A stretch of 64,000 nt of DNA from an uncultured Phycisphaerales bacterium (lineage in GTDB: Bacteria > Planctomycetota > Phycisphaerae > Tepidisphaerales > Tepidisphaeraceae): contig CAWJPJ010000006.1 of NCBI GenBank assembly GCA_963844715.1, forward strand, positions 320,001 to 384,000. Direction: 5' to 3'. Every line of letters starts with the position of its first letter. Position 1 is the first letter of the stretch. The notes under the pieces were generated by a model. That model did no database searches and had not been told where the DNA came from. It was given only the letters and a program-made list of their open reading frames with translations. The position numbers were made by a program, and so were the translations under genes. This document shows positions 19,840 to 29,139 of this stretch, piece by piece.

Positions 19840-21729
19840 ATGACTTTTATCGTGAATGAACCGGCTTCCCGGCTGCGGCAGGCCATTACGCACTTCCTTG
19901 CCCGCCTCGGATTCCGGGAAGACTCGTTTATCATGATTCTGGCGGTGCTGATCGGCATGGTCACTGCCGCGGCGTCCGTCGGATTCCACGAGCTCATCCT
20001 CTTTGTCCGCAACGCGCTCTATCTTCGCGTCGGCGAGGACTATCTCTACGGCCGGGGAATGTGGCTTCTGATTCTGTTCCCTTTGCTCGGCGGACTGATC
20101 GTCGGATTCATCACCCGATACGTCTTCCGAACCCGCGAAGGACATGGCGTCGTGGACGTCATGGAATCCGTCATCCGCACCAGCGGATTTCAGCGTCCCT
20201 CGTCGGCGATCGAAAAGATTCTTACCGCCGCGGTGACCATCGGGTCGGGCGGGTCGGCCGGAGCGGAGGGGCCGATTGTGCAGATCGGGGCGGCGATCGC
20301 CTCGGGGTTCGGGCAAATTTTCAGGGTCGCGCGCCAGTACATGCCGACGCTCATCGGTTGCGGAACCGCGGCGGGCATCAGTGCAATTTTTAACGCGCCC
20401 TTCGGGGGCGTTCTCTTTACTCTCGAAGTCATTCTCCAAGACTTTTCCATCCGGGCCTTTACGCCGGTCGTGGTTTCGAGCGTTATCGCGCAAGTTACGG
20501 AACTGCTCCTCTTCCGGCTCCTTCATAAGGCGGGCGAGTTCCATCCCATCTTCGATCTTTCCCCGGACACCGTGCGCCTGCATGATGCGCTGCAATGGGG
20601 CCAGGTGGGGAGTTATGTCATGCTCGGGCTTCTGTGCGGAGTCGTCGGGCTAGGACTGATCCGCTTCATGCAAACCGTCGAAAAGTCATTTTCAAGATTG
20701 CGGATGCCTGGGTTTCTGAAACCGGCGGTCGGCGGCGGGTTGGTCGGCGTGCTGGGCATCTTCTATATTCTGCTCTTCGGACATTTCGTCCTGCACGTCC
20801 CCAAGCCGGTGCCGTTTGAGAATTATCCGATGCCGGCGTTTTTCGGAGACGGGTACGGCTTCATCGAGGAGCTTCTCTCCCCCGGTTACGCGGCTTATTT
20901 GCCTGGGGCCAAGCCGATCCTGTTCCTCCTGGGGTGCCTGTGTCTATTGAAGCTGGTCGCGACGTGCATCACCCTGGGCAGTGGCGGAAGCGGCGGCGTG
21001 ATCGCTCCGTCCCTCTTTCTGGGTGCGACCGCCGGGGCCGTGATGGGCGCCGTCCTGCAACACCTTGGCTGGGTGCGGCCGATTCAGCCGGAAATGTATG
21101 CCCTGGTCGGGATGGGCGCGGTTTTAGCCGCCGTCGTGCATGCGCCGCTGGCGTCCATTTTGATCTGCTTTGAAGTGACGGAAGATTACAAGGTCATGGT
21201 GCCGGCGATGCTCGCCTGCGTGGTTGCGACGGGATTGGTGCGACTGGTCTACACGGATTCGATTTATACGCAAAGCCTGCGAAAGCGAGGCATTCGTCTG
21301 GGCCCCGGGGATTTCACTTTGCTACGAAGAATGAATGTGGAGCAGGTCGCGCTGGAGCCGGCCAGCGTGGTGCGGCCTGGCGATCCGTTCCAGAAGATTC
21401 TCGATCTGGCCATGTCATCGGGATTGAGCAATTTCATCGTGGCCGACGATAAGGGGGATTATCTGGGAATGATCGTCTCCGACGATTTGCAGACCACTCT
21501 TTTAGGCAAGGAAGCGGTGCCATTGCTGGTGGTTTCAGAGCTGATGCGAAAGGACGTCCCGATCGTGAAGAACACGGACGATCTGGCCCAGGTTTTGGAG
21601 CAATTCGCGCAGCATGATGTGAGTCATCTGCCGGTCGCGGTGAATGGGCGGGAAAAGCACGTCATCGGTTTGATCAGCCGGGCGGGGTTGATGCGGAAGT
21701 ACCAGGAGGGGTTGAGCCAGCCGGTTTAG
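19840..21729 (+). CDS. ClC chloride channel/antiporter with CBS domains
   Basis: GHGV, GAEGP, FNAP, GVIAP, SIY motifs; C-terminal CBS pair. Confidence 0.92.
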   Translation: MTFIVNEPASRLRQAITHFLARLGFREDSFIMILAVLIGMVTAAASVGFHELILFVRNALYLRVGEDYLYGRGMWLLILFPLLGGLIVGFITRYVFRTREGHGVVDVMESVIRTSGFQRPSSAIEKILTAAVTIGSGGSAGAEGPIVQIGAAIASGFGQIFRVARQYMPTLIGCGTAAGISAIFNAPFGGVLFTLEVILQDFSIRAFTPVVVSSVIAQVTELLLFRLLHKAGEFHPIFDLSPDTVRLHDALQWGQVGSYVMLGLLCGVVGLGLIRFMQTVEKSFSRLRMPGFLKPAVGGGLVGVLGIFYILLFGHFVLHVPKPVPFENYPMPAFFGDGYGFIEELLSPGYAAYLPGAKPILFLLGCLCLLKLVATCITLGSGGSGGVIAPSLFLGATAGAVMGAVLQHLGWVRPIQPEMYALVGMGAVLAAVVHAPLASILICFEVTEDYKVMVPAMLACVVATGLVRLVYTDSIYTQSLRKRGIRLGPGDFTLLRRMNVEQVALEPASVVRPGDPFQKILDLAMSSGLSNFIVADDKGDYLGMIVSDDLQTTLLGKEAVPLLVVSELMRKDVPIVKNTDDLAQVLEQFAQHDVSHLPVAVNGREKHVIGLISRAGLMRKYQEGLSQPV

Positions 21730-21756
21730 CTGTACCAACGGCGCTGATAAATAGTT

Positions 21757-21935
21757 TTACCGCGAAGACGCGAAGAGCGCGAAGAAAACAAAATATTTAA
21801 CCACGGATGACGCGGATAAGATTTAAATCCAATTAAAATTATCCGTGCCCATTTGTGATATTCCCGGTTTAACTTCTCTTTTGTCTTCTTCGCGCTCTTC
21901 GCGTATTCGCGGTAACAATCCGTGCGCTCACGGAT
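21757..21935. repeat. Nested inverted repeat between convergent genes
   Basis: ttaccgcgaagacgcgaagagcgcgaaga ... tcttcgcgctcttcgcgtattcgcggtaa enclosing a CACGGAT pair. Confidence 0.85.
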
Positions 21936-21952
21936 ACCCGAGAATTGGACGA

Positions 21953-23227
21953 TCAGCCGATGCGCCCTCGGCCGGCCATATAGGGTCGCAGCGCTTCGGG
22001 AATGGTGATCGAGCCATCCGCGTTCTGATAATTCTCCAAGATCGGGATCAGAATTCTTGGGCTGGCGACGACCGTGTTGTTCAGGGTGTGGCAATAGCGC
22101 ATCTTTCCCTCTTCGTCGCGATAGCGGAGGTTCAGCCGGCGGGACTGGAAATCGTAAAAGCGCGATGCGGAATGGGTTTCGCCGTAGCCTTTGCGGGAGG
22201 GCATCCAGGTTTCGATGTCGAATTTGGCGGCTTGGCCCTGGCCTAGATCGCCTGTACACACCGCTACGACTCTATAGGGGAGCTTCAGGGTTTGAAGAAG
22301 ATCCTCGGCGTTAGCCAGGATTGTTTGATGCCAGCGCTTCGATTCGTTCACGTCCGCTTTGCAGACGACGACCTGCTCGACCTTATCGAATTGATGAATG
22401 CGATAGAGGCCAGCGGTGTCCTTGCCGTAGGTTCCTGCCTCGCGGCGGAAGCAGGAACTCATGGCCACGTATTTTCGCGGGAGCGTGCCCAAATCGAGCG
22501 TTTCGCCCATGTGATACGCCGTGAGGGAAACCTCGGCGGTTCCTACCAAATACTTCGGCGGGTCTTCATTGGTTATCGCGTAAGCCTGCTCGCGGCCGAG
22601 GGGGAAATAGCCGGTGCCCTCCATGGGCTCCTCTCGAACCAGGACGGGCACGACCATCGGCACAAAGCCGCGCGCGACCATCATGTCCTGCGCGAGTCTT
22701 AGGACGGCCTGGTGCAGGAGCGTCCCGTCGCCCAACAGAACATAACTGCGCGATCCGGCGAGTTTCACGCCGCGTTCGATGTCGATCAGGCGGAGCTTGT
22801 CGCCCAGCTCGACATGATCCTTCGCCGGGAAATCGAAATTGCGGACTTCGCCCCATTTTTTGATTTCGACGTTTTCGCTGTCGTCCTTGCCGACGGGAAC
22901 TTCTTCGTCCGCCGGCTGGGGGAGCTGAAGCAGGAGCGGGCGCAATTCGGCGTCGGCGGCCTTCCATCGCTCCTCGGAATCCTTGACCTGATTCTTGAGG
23001 GCCCCCACTTTTGCGATGGCGGCTTGTTTTTCCGTGGGGTCTTTGAGCTTGCCGATCTGCTTGCTCGCCTCGTTTTGCTCGGCTCGAAGGCGCTCGAATT
23101 CTTGCTGGGTTGTGCTGGCCTGGGATGCGGCCTTCAAGACGGCGTCGACGTCGACGGACATGCGTTTGAGCTTTGCCGCGTTGCGGTATTTGTCGGGGTT
23201 TTCGCGAAGGTCCTTGATGTCGATCAT
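21953..23227 (-). CDS. serS: Seryl-tRNA synthetase
   Basis: Coiled-coil N-terminus, GTAE, CFRREAG, HQFDKVE, HTLNNT. Confidence 0.97.
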   Translation of the reverse strand: MIDIKDLRENPDKYRNAAKLKRMSVDVDAVLKAASQASTTQQEFERLRAEQNEASKQIGKLKDPTEKQAAIAKVGALKNQVKDSEERWKAADAELRPLLLQLPQPADEEVPVGKDDSENVEIKKWGEVRNFDFPAKDHVELGDKLRLIDIERGVKLAGSRSYVLLGDGTLLHQAVLRLAQDMMVARGFVPMVVPVLVREEPMEGTGYFPLGREQAYAITNEDPPKYLVGTAEVSLTAYHMGETLDLGTLPRKYVAMSSCFRREAGTYGKDTAGLYRIHQFDKVEQVVVCKADVNESKRWHQTILANAEDLLQTLKLPYRVVAVCTGDLGQGQAAKFDIETWMPSRKGYGETHSASRFYDFQSRRLNLRYRDEEGKMRYCHTLNNTVVASPRILIPILENYQNADGSITIPEALRPYMAGRGRIG

Positions 23228-23233
23228 GGGATG

Positions 23234-23311
23234 GTTGCCAGTTGATAGCTGCCAGTTGCTAGTGGGGAGGAATTCTTTCCTTACAACTAACGACCAGCAA
23301 CGAGCAACTGT
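23234..23311. repeat. Inverted heptamer repeat in the rpsG-serS spacer
   Basis: ggttgccagttgatagctgccagttgctag / caactaacgaccagcaacgagcaact. Confidence 0.7.
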
Positions 23312-23320
23312 ATCCCCATC

Positions 23321-23797
23321 TTACCAAGCGAAATGGGCGAACGCTTTATTGGCGTCGGCCATGCGATGTGTGTTTTCGCGGGTGCTCATGGCTTTGCCTT
23401 CTTTTTTGTAGGCGGCCATGAGTTCGTCGGCGAGTCGATCCGCCATGGGGCGTCCGCCGCCGTCGCGGCAGGCTTCCAGGATCCAGCGAAATGCCAGGCT
23501 TTGCTGGCGGCGCTTGTTGACCTGCATGGGGACCTGATAGTTGGCCCCGCCGACGCGCCGGCTGCGCACCTCGACGTACGGCTTGACGTTGTTGATGGCC
23601 GTCTCGAAGAGTTCCAGGACGGGAACTTCCTTCATCTTCTTGGAGACCTGGTCCATGGCCTTGTAGACGACCTGCTGCGCGACGGTCTTCTTCCCCTGCC
23701 ACATGAGGCAGTTGATGAATTTACTGACCAGCTTGCTGTTGTAGCGCGGGTCGGGTTTCAGAATGTCTTCGGAAGCGGTGAATTTCTTGAAAGCCAT
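23321..23797 (-). CDS. rpsG: 30S ribosomal protein S7
   Basis: EVRSRRVGGANYQVP, HRMADANKAFAHF. Confidence 0.98.
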   Translation of the reverse strand: MAFKKFTASEDILKPDPRYNSKLVSKFINCLMWQGKKTVAQQVVYKAMDQVSKKMKEVPVLELFETAINNVKPYVEVRSRRVGGANYQVPMQVNKRRQQSLAFRWILEACRDGGGRPMADRLADELMAAYKKEGKAMSTRENTHRMADANKAFAHFAW

Positions 23798-23824
23798 CGG
23801 TCTAAGGTTCCTTCTAAACGGGCC

Positions 23825-23953
23825 CTATCGCCGCAGCCACCAGATGAAGGCGGCGATTGCGGCCAAAAGAAAAACTCCAAGGAAAATGAGACTCTTCAGA
23901 TTCGCGTTATACGAGTCAGGATTAATCTCGTCGGCGAGCAGGTGCCAGCCCAT
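23825..23953 (-). CDS. Small single-TM protein (42 aa), absent from the ORF track
   Basis: MGWHLLADEINPDSYNANLKSLIFLGVFLLAAIAAFIWWLRR*; ATG 2 nt after the rpsL TAA; fills the rpsL-rpsG gap. Confidence 0.7.
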   Translation of the reverse strand: MGWHLLADEINPDSYNANLKSLIFLGVFLLAAIAAFIWWLRR

Positions 23954-23955
23954 GA

Positions 23956-24327
23956 TTACTTCCCTGACTTGGCGCCGTACTTGCTTCGACTGCGTCTGCG
24001 CCCATCGACGCCCAAGGCGTCCAGTGTTCCGCGGATTACGTGATACCGCACGCCCGGCAGATCGCGTACGCGCCCGCCGCGGACGAGTACGATGCTGTGT
24101 TCCTGAAGATTGTGCTCCTCGCCGGGGATGTAAGCCGTGACTTCCTTCCCGTTGCTCAATCGCACTCGGGCGATCTTGCGCAAGGCGGAGTTCGGCTTCT
24201 TGGGGGTCATGGTCTTGACCTGAAGGCAGACCCCGCGTTTTTGGGGGCAGGCTTCGAGATCTTTGACCTTATTGATTCGCGGCAGACTTCGCCGCGGTTT
24301 TTTGATCAACTGATTAATCGTCGGCAT
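23956..24327 (-). CDS. rpsL: 30S ribosomal protein S12
   Basis: [28 protein letters not shown]. Confidence 0.99.
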   Translation of the reverse strand: MPTINQLIKKPRRSLPRINKVKDLEACPQKRGVCLQVKTMTPKKPNSALRKIARVRLSNGKEVTAYIPGEEHNLQEHSIVLVRGGRVRDLPGVRYHVIRGTLDALGVDGRRRSRSKYGAKSGK

Positions 24328-24366
24328 TGCGGTCCTGGCTCTCTTTCGTGAAGCGACAAGTCGTCA

Positions 24367-24395
24367 AGTATAAATTAGGGTATCGAGAGGATCAA
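24367..24395 (-). promoter_or_regulatory. Sigma70 promoter of the rpsL operon
   Basis: TTGATC-N17-TATACT on the minus strand. Confidence 0.75.
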
Positions 24396-24705
24396 GTCGG
24401 CGGCGGTCACACCCTGCGAGCGATGATTCAGGGCCGAAAATCCCACTCCGATTTCACTTTTGGCTTGACTTTCGCCCTCGTATTAACAGGAAATTAATGG
24501 CGGCTAACGGGGGACCTTGGTTACATATTGAAGCATGAGTCGCGCCAAGTAGCGGTGGCAAAGCTCAATTTGCGACGAATCTAGGGCGGTGGTGTCGCAA
24601 AAACGGCAGAGTTCTCGGGAGAGACATTTCCCCAAAATCTGGATTAACGCCAAGGCGGGCAGGCCGATTCTGTGCCGTGCTGCGCGTTTCCAAAAGGAGA
24701 GAGTT

Positions 24706-26027
24706 ATGAGCATTGTAGAGTCAGAAACGTCACGGTCCGTTCGTCGTATCACACGTCTTGAAGGCCTCGCGGGCGGGGCATTGGTCGCCGCCGCGGTGTT
24801 CGCGGCTGCGCAAACCTTGCGAGCGCTCAACAAATCGCGATGCAGGTGACCGGTGGAACCACCACCGACCCAACCAGCGCCAACGCGGTCACCTGGTTCA
24901 ACACCTCGAACTGGAATCAGAACGGTGTTACCGGAATGCTTCCGGAGAGCTATGTCGCCAGTCCGAATGCCCAGGCAATCAGTGCGGACAACGCCACCAT
25001 GCCGTCTGTTGGTTTGGTGTTCGACCCAGTGAACGATCCGAACGCGGCCCGCCTGGGAGGAAATGCCTATGTCGCGAATTTGGACAATATCGGGAACTCG
25101 CTTTATATCACGACGGCCAGTGTCGGCACCTACGTCGCTCCCAGCAAGCTCACCATCGATAGCGGCACGATCATCACGGGCACGACCACGATTGGCCGCG
25201 ACGGGGCGGGCATCCTGGCCCTCAACGGCGGAACGTTCATCACCGAGGGCGCTCTCAAGGTTCAAGGATCGAATAAGATCCTGACGGCCCTGGGCTCCGG
25301 CACCTTCGAATACCACGGCGGAACCCTTGACGCGGTCGCGGGCATCCAGGTCGGCTCGGGCGCTTGCAGCACAGGTTTGTCCCGAACGTCGGCCGGCGTC
25401 GGGACCTTCGTCTTTTACAACGACGGCCCGGCGGGCGCGATTCTGAGCCAGAACGGTTTCCAGGTCGCCATCAACACCAGTCAAAACGGGACCATCGGCA
25501 TCGTCGAGTTCCACTATGACAAAAATATCGGCGGCGTCGGCGGGACCCGCCCCATTCAGACGAACTGGAACCAGGGCAACGGCGGATTCGGTCAGGGAAT
25601 CCTGCATCTGGACAACAACACCAACACGTCGTCCCGCCTGAATCTTGTCCTCGATGCCGCCCCCACCGTCATCCACGGCGTCGTTCAGAACCTCGGCCTC
25701 TTCGATGACACCGTTATTGAGGGCTCCGGCACCTATCCAAGGGCTTTCTACTCCGTCGATGGCACGAGGGTCTTCACCCAGGGCGCCACGATCCGCGCCG
25801 CATACGATGGGCGAACGTATAGCTGGACCATCAGCTACAGCGGGCAAATCAACTTCACGGACACCGCGACCTCGTCTTACACATCGGCGGACATCGAAGC
25901 CACGGGCGGCAGCGACGTCGTATTGATAGCGGTACCCGAACCGAGCAGCGCGGCGGTGCTCGGAACCGTTGGCAGCATGATCCTCGCCCGCCGCCGGCGA
26001 CGCCGAAAGGAGAAAACCTCTGGCTAA
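24706..26027 (+). CDS. PEP-CTERM surface protein, paralog 1 (frameshift ~24812)
   Basis: AAGGAG SD, signal peptide, C-terminal VPEPSSAAVLGTVGSMILARRRRR. Confidence 0.87.
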
Positions 26028-26060
26028 TTGTGCATTACCTTCCACAAGATTCGCTGAATC

Positions 26061-26110
26061 AGGGCACGAAGCGGCCTGAACATTTTCGCCGCTTCGTGCC
26101 CTTGTCATTT
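26061..26110 (+). terminator. Hairpin terminator
   Basis: Perfect 15-bp stem agggcacgaagcggc/gccgcttcgtgccct. Confidence 0.7.
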
Positions 26111-26448
26111 TCTGCGCTTCGCATCCTCATTCGGCGCGAAGCTGCCTATTTCCACATCGGGAAATGCGACGGGCATCTCCTTCTTAGCGACATGGAATTG
26201 GGCTTAGGCGGGTTCAAACGCTCGGCTTTTTAGGTCTGATGAAAATCGCCGCCGACAGCCGCCTTGCGCGGTTTCGGTTTAGTTTGAGATCAATCGGGGG
26301 AAAACGTTTCCGCTCACCACACTCCACACTGGCAAAACAAAGTGGTTTTGGGCCCGGCAGACACGCCGATTTCGATTGACGTCGCTCCGCGCCTTGTCAT
26401 AACGGACTCAAACGAAACTGAGTAGCGGCACTTAATAGGGAGGACGGG

Positions 26449-27783
26449 ATGACCATTGCCGATGCGACAACCACCCGGGGATTAGGGCGTCATTGGAAGG
26501 TGCAACATCTGGCGGGCGGCGCGCTCCTGGCTGGGGCCGTCTTCTGGTCGGCGCCGAAGGCCGCCGTCGCTCAGTTCGATTACAATGGAACGGGCGGCTC
26601 GTCGACGAATGTGAACTCTACCGGGCTCTCCTGGTTCAACACGTCGAACTGGAGTTACGCGAACGCCACGGGAACGCTGCCCGAAAGCTTTGGCGGGCCC
26701 TTGACTCCGGCTGTGATTCTCTGTGCCCCGAATACATTGTTACCGTCAGTCGGGGTCGTGTTCGATCCGGCGAATGATCCCAATACGCCTGGTGGTCCCA
26801 ACGCCAACTACGTGGCCAATCTGCAAGCTTCCTCTACTCTTTCGGGCGCGTTTTACATAGCCGGCGTTACCACCAACGGCACGGAACCCGCCGCTCCGAA
26901 CAAGCTCACCATCGAAAGCGGAACCATCGTCAGCGATAATTGCACTGTAGGACGCGACTCCGCGGGAATCCTGGCCCTCAACGGCGGTACGTTCGTCTCC
27001 AACACTCGGCTCAAAGTCCAGGGAATTACCGCCGGCCGCACATTCATCGGGACCGGCACGTTTGAATATCACGGCGGCTATCTTGAATCAGGAATCGTCG
27101 AAGTCGGCTCCGAGGGATCCACGAGCGGATTATCCGCCACGTCCGCCGGCGTCGGCTATTTCGTGGTCTTCAACGATGGCCCCGCCGGCGCCATTCTTTC
27201 TCAGAACGGGTTCGAACTTTCGGCGGATTCCACCGGCGCCGGAACCGTGGGAATTGCCGAATTTCATTACGATCTCAACACGGGCGGCGTCGGCGGTACA
27301 CGACCGATTCAAAACAACTGGAACGACGGCAACGCCGAACCGGGCCAAGGCGTGCTATCCCTCAACAACGGGACGGATCAATCCGCCCGCCTGAATCTCG
27401 TCCTCGATACGGCCCCCAGTATCGTCAATGGCGTTGTGCAAAACCTCGGCTTGTTCGACGAAACACTCATTGCCGGCTCCGGAACCTATCCGCGCGCGTT
27501 CTATTCCGTGGACGGCTCTATGGTCTTCACGCAAGGCGCCACCATCAGCGCCGCGTATGCCGGGAAAACCTATAGCTGGACGATCAGCTACAGCGGGCAG
27601 ATCAACTTCACGGACACGGCCACGTCGGCTTATAACTCGACGGGTATTCAAGCCACCGGCGGGAGTGACGTCGTTCTGGTTGGCGTGGCCGTGCCCGAAC
27701 CCGGGAGCCTGACGATTCTTGGGGGATTGGCGAGCGTGATTCTTTCGCGCCGGCGAGCGCGCACTCAGAGGGAGACGGTATGA
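26449..27783 (+). CDS. PEP-CTERM surface protein, paralog 2
   Basis: GGAGG SD, signal peptide, [22 protein letters not shown]. Confidence 0.92.
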   Translation: MTIADATTTRGLGRHWKVQHLAGGALLAGAVFWSAPKAAVAQFDYNGTGGSSTNVNSTGLSWFNTSNWSYANATGTLPESFGGPLTPAVILCAPNTLLPSVGVVFDPANDPNTPGGPNANYVANLQASSTLSGAFYIAGVTTNGTEPAAPNKLTIESGTIVSDNCTVGRDSAGILALNGGTFVSNTRLKVQGITAGRTFIGTGTFEYHGGYLESGIVEVGSEGSTSGLSATSAGVGYFVVFNDGPAGAILSQNGFELSADSTGAGTVGIAEFHYDLNTGGVGGTRPIQNNWNDGNAEPGQGVLSLNNGTDQSARLNLVLDTAPSIVNGVVQNLGLFDETLIAGSGTYPRAFYSVDGSMVFTQGATISAAYAGKTYSWTISYSGQINFTDTATSAYNSTGIQATGGSDVVLVGVAVPEPGSLTILGGLASVILSRRRARTQRETV

Positions 27784-29107
27784 CCATCGCTCGATCGACT
27801 CGTGGCAAACGATTTTCGAAATTGGAGTCATTTGCGGGGGGTGCGGTCCTGGCCGCGGCAGCGTTTTGGGCCGCGCCCACGCGCGCCAGCGGTCAGATCG
27901 TGTACGAGGGGACCGGCGGGTCCTCCACTAATCCCAACAGCCCCAGCGCCGAGACTTGGTTCAACCCGGCGAATTGGAACAACTTCGGCACTGTTGGCAC
28001 ACTGCCCGAGAGCTATACGACGATGCCGGGAGCGCCGGATATCGTCGCCGACAATTCGTCGATGCCCATCGTCGGCGTCGTCTTCGATCCGGCGGACGAT
28101 GCGAACACGCCGGGCGGGCCCAACGCCAATTACGTCGCCAATTTGGATACTCTGGTCAGCACATTCTACATCTCCGCGGTGACCACCAACGGCACCCAGC
28201 CGCAGGCGCCCAATAAACTCACCATCGAAAGCGGCACGATTCTGTCGGATTATGTCACGGTCGGCCGGGACTCCCCGGGTATTCTGGCGATGAACGGCGG
28301 CACGCTCGTCGTGCCCACAGAGTTGAAAATTCAGGGAGTTACGCCGGGACGCACGTTTCTGGGAACCGGTACCTTCGAATACCACGGAGGAACTCTGGCG
28401 GTCCAGGACGATATCCATGTCGGCTCGGAGGGGTCGAATACCGGCGTTTCGCTCACGTCGGCCGGGGTGGGATATTTCGTCGTTTATAACGACGGCCCTG
28501 ACGGAGCAATCCTAACCCAGAACGGCTTCGAAACGGCCGTCGATTCGAGCGGCGCGGGCACGGTCGGCATCGTTGAGTTTCACTATGACCTGAACACCGG
28601 CGGCATTGGCGGGACCCGCCCGATTCAAACGAACTGGAACGATGGCGGAGGCGATTCGAAACAGGGACTTCTGGTCATCAATAACAATGTCACACAGTCG
28701 TCCCGGCTCAATCTGGTTCTCGACGTCGCCCGAGCATCGTAAACGGCGTTGTGCAAAATCTGGGCTTGTTCGACGAAACGCTCATTGCCGGCTCCGGAAC
28801 CTATCCGCGCGCGTTCTATTCCGTGGACGGCTCTAAGGTTTTCACGCAAGGCGCCACTATCAGTGCCGCATATGACGGCGCCACATACAGCTGGACGATC
28901 AGCTACAGCGGGCAAATCAACTTCACAAACACGGCCACGTCCGCTTACAACTCGACGGCCATTCAAGCCACCGGCGGGAGTGACGTCGTTCTGGTTGGCG
29001 TGGCCGTGCCCGAACCCGGAAGCCTGACGATTCTTGGGGGATTGGCGAGCCTGATTCTGACACGCCGACGCGGACGGGCAAGACGCGCTCGATCAAGCTT
29101 GCTTTGA
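27780..29107 (+). CDS. PEP-CTERM surface protein, paralog 3 (frameshift ~28730)
   Basis: ATGA overlap; [24 protein letters not shown]; one C missing relative to paralog 2. Confidence 0.88.
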
Positions 29108-29139
29108 CCTTTGCCTCCCGATTTCTAAACTTGCGTCCC

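Noticed and set aside
24540..24700. Riboswitch (c-di-GMP-like) upstream of PEP-CTERM paralog 1
   Set aside because: Hairpins exist (tttgcgac/gtcgcaaa) but the consensus motifs could not be matched by eye; an Rfam scan is needed
24504..26108. 534-aa minus-strand ORF and similar long antisense ORFs (e.g. 30260-31684, 18749-19759, 3407-4483)
   Set aside because: Shadow frames of well-supported genes in GC-rich DNA
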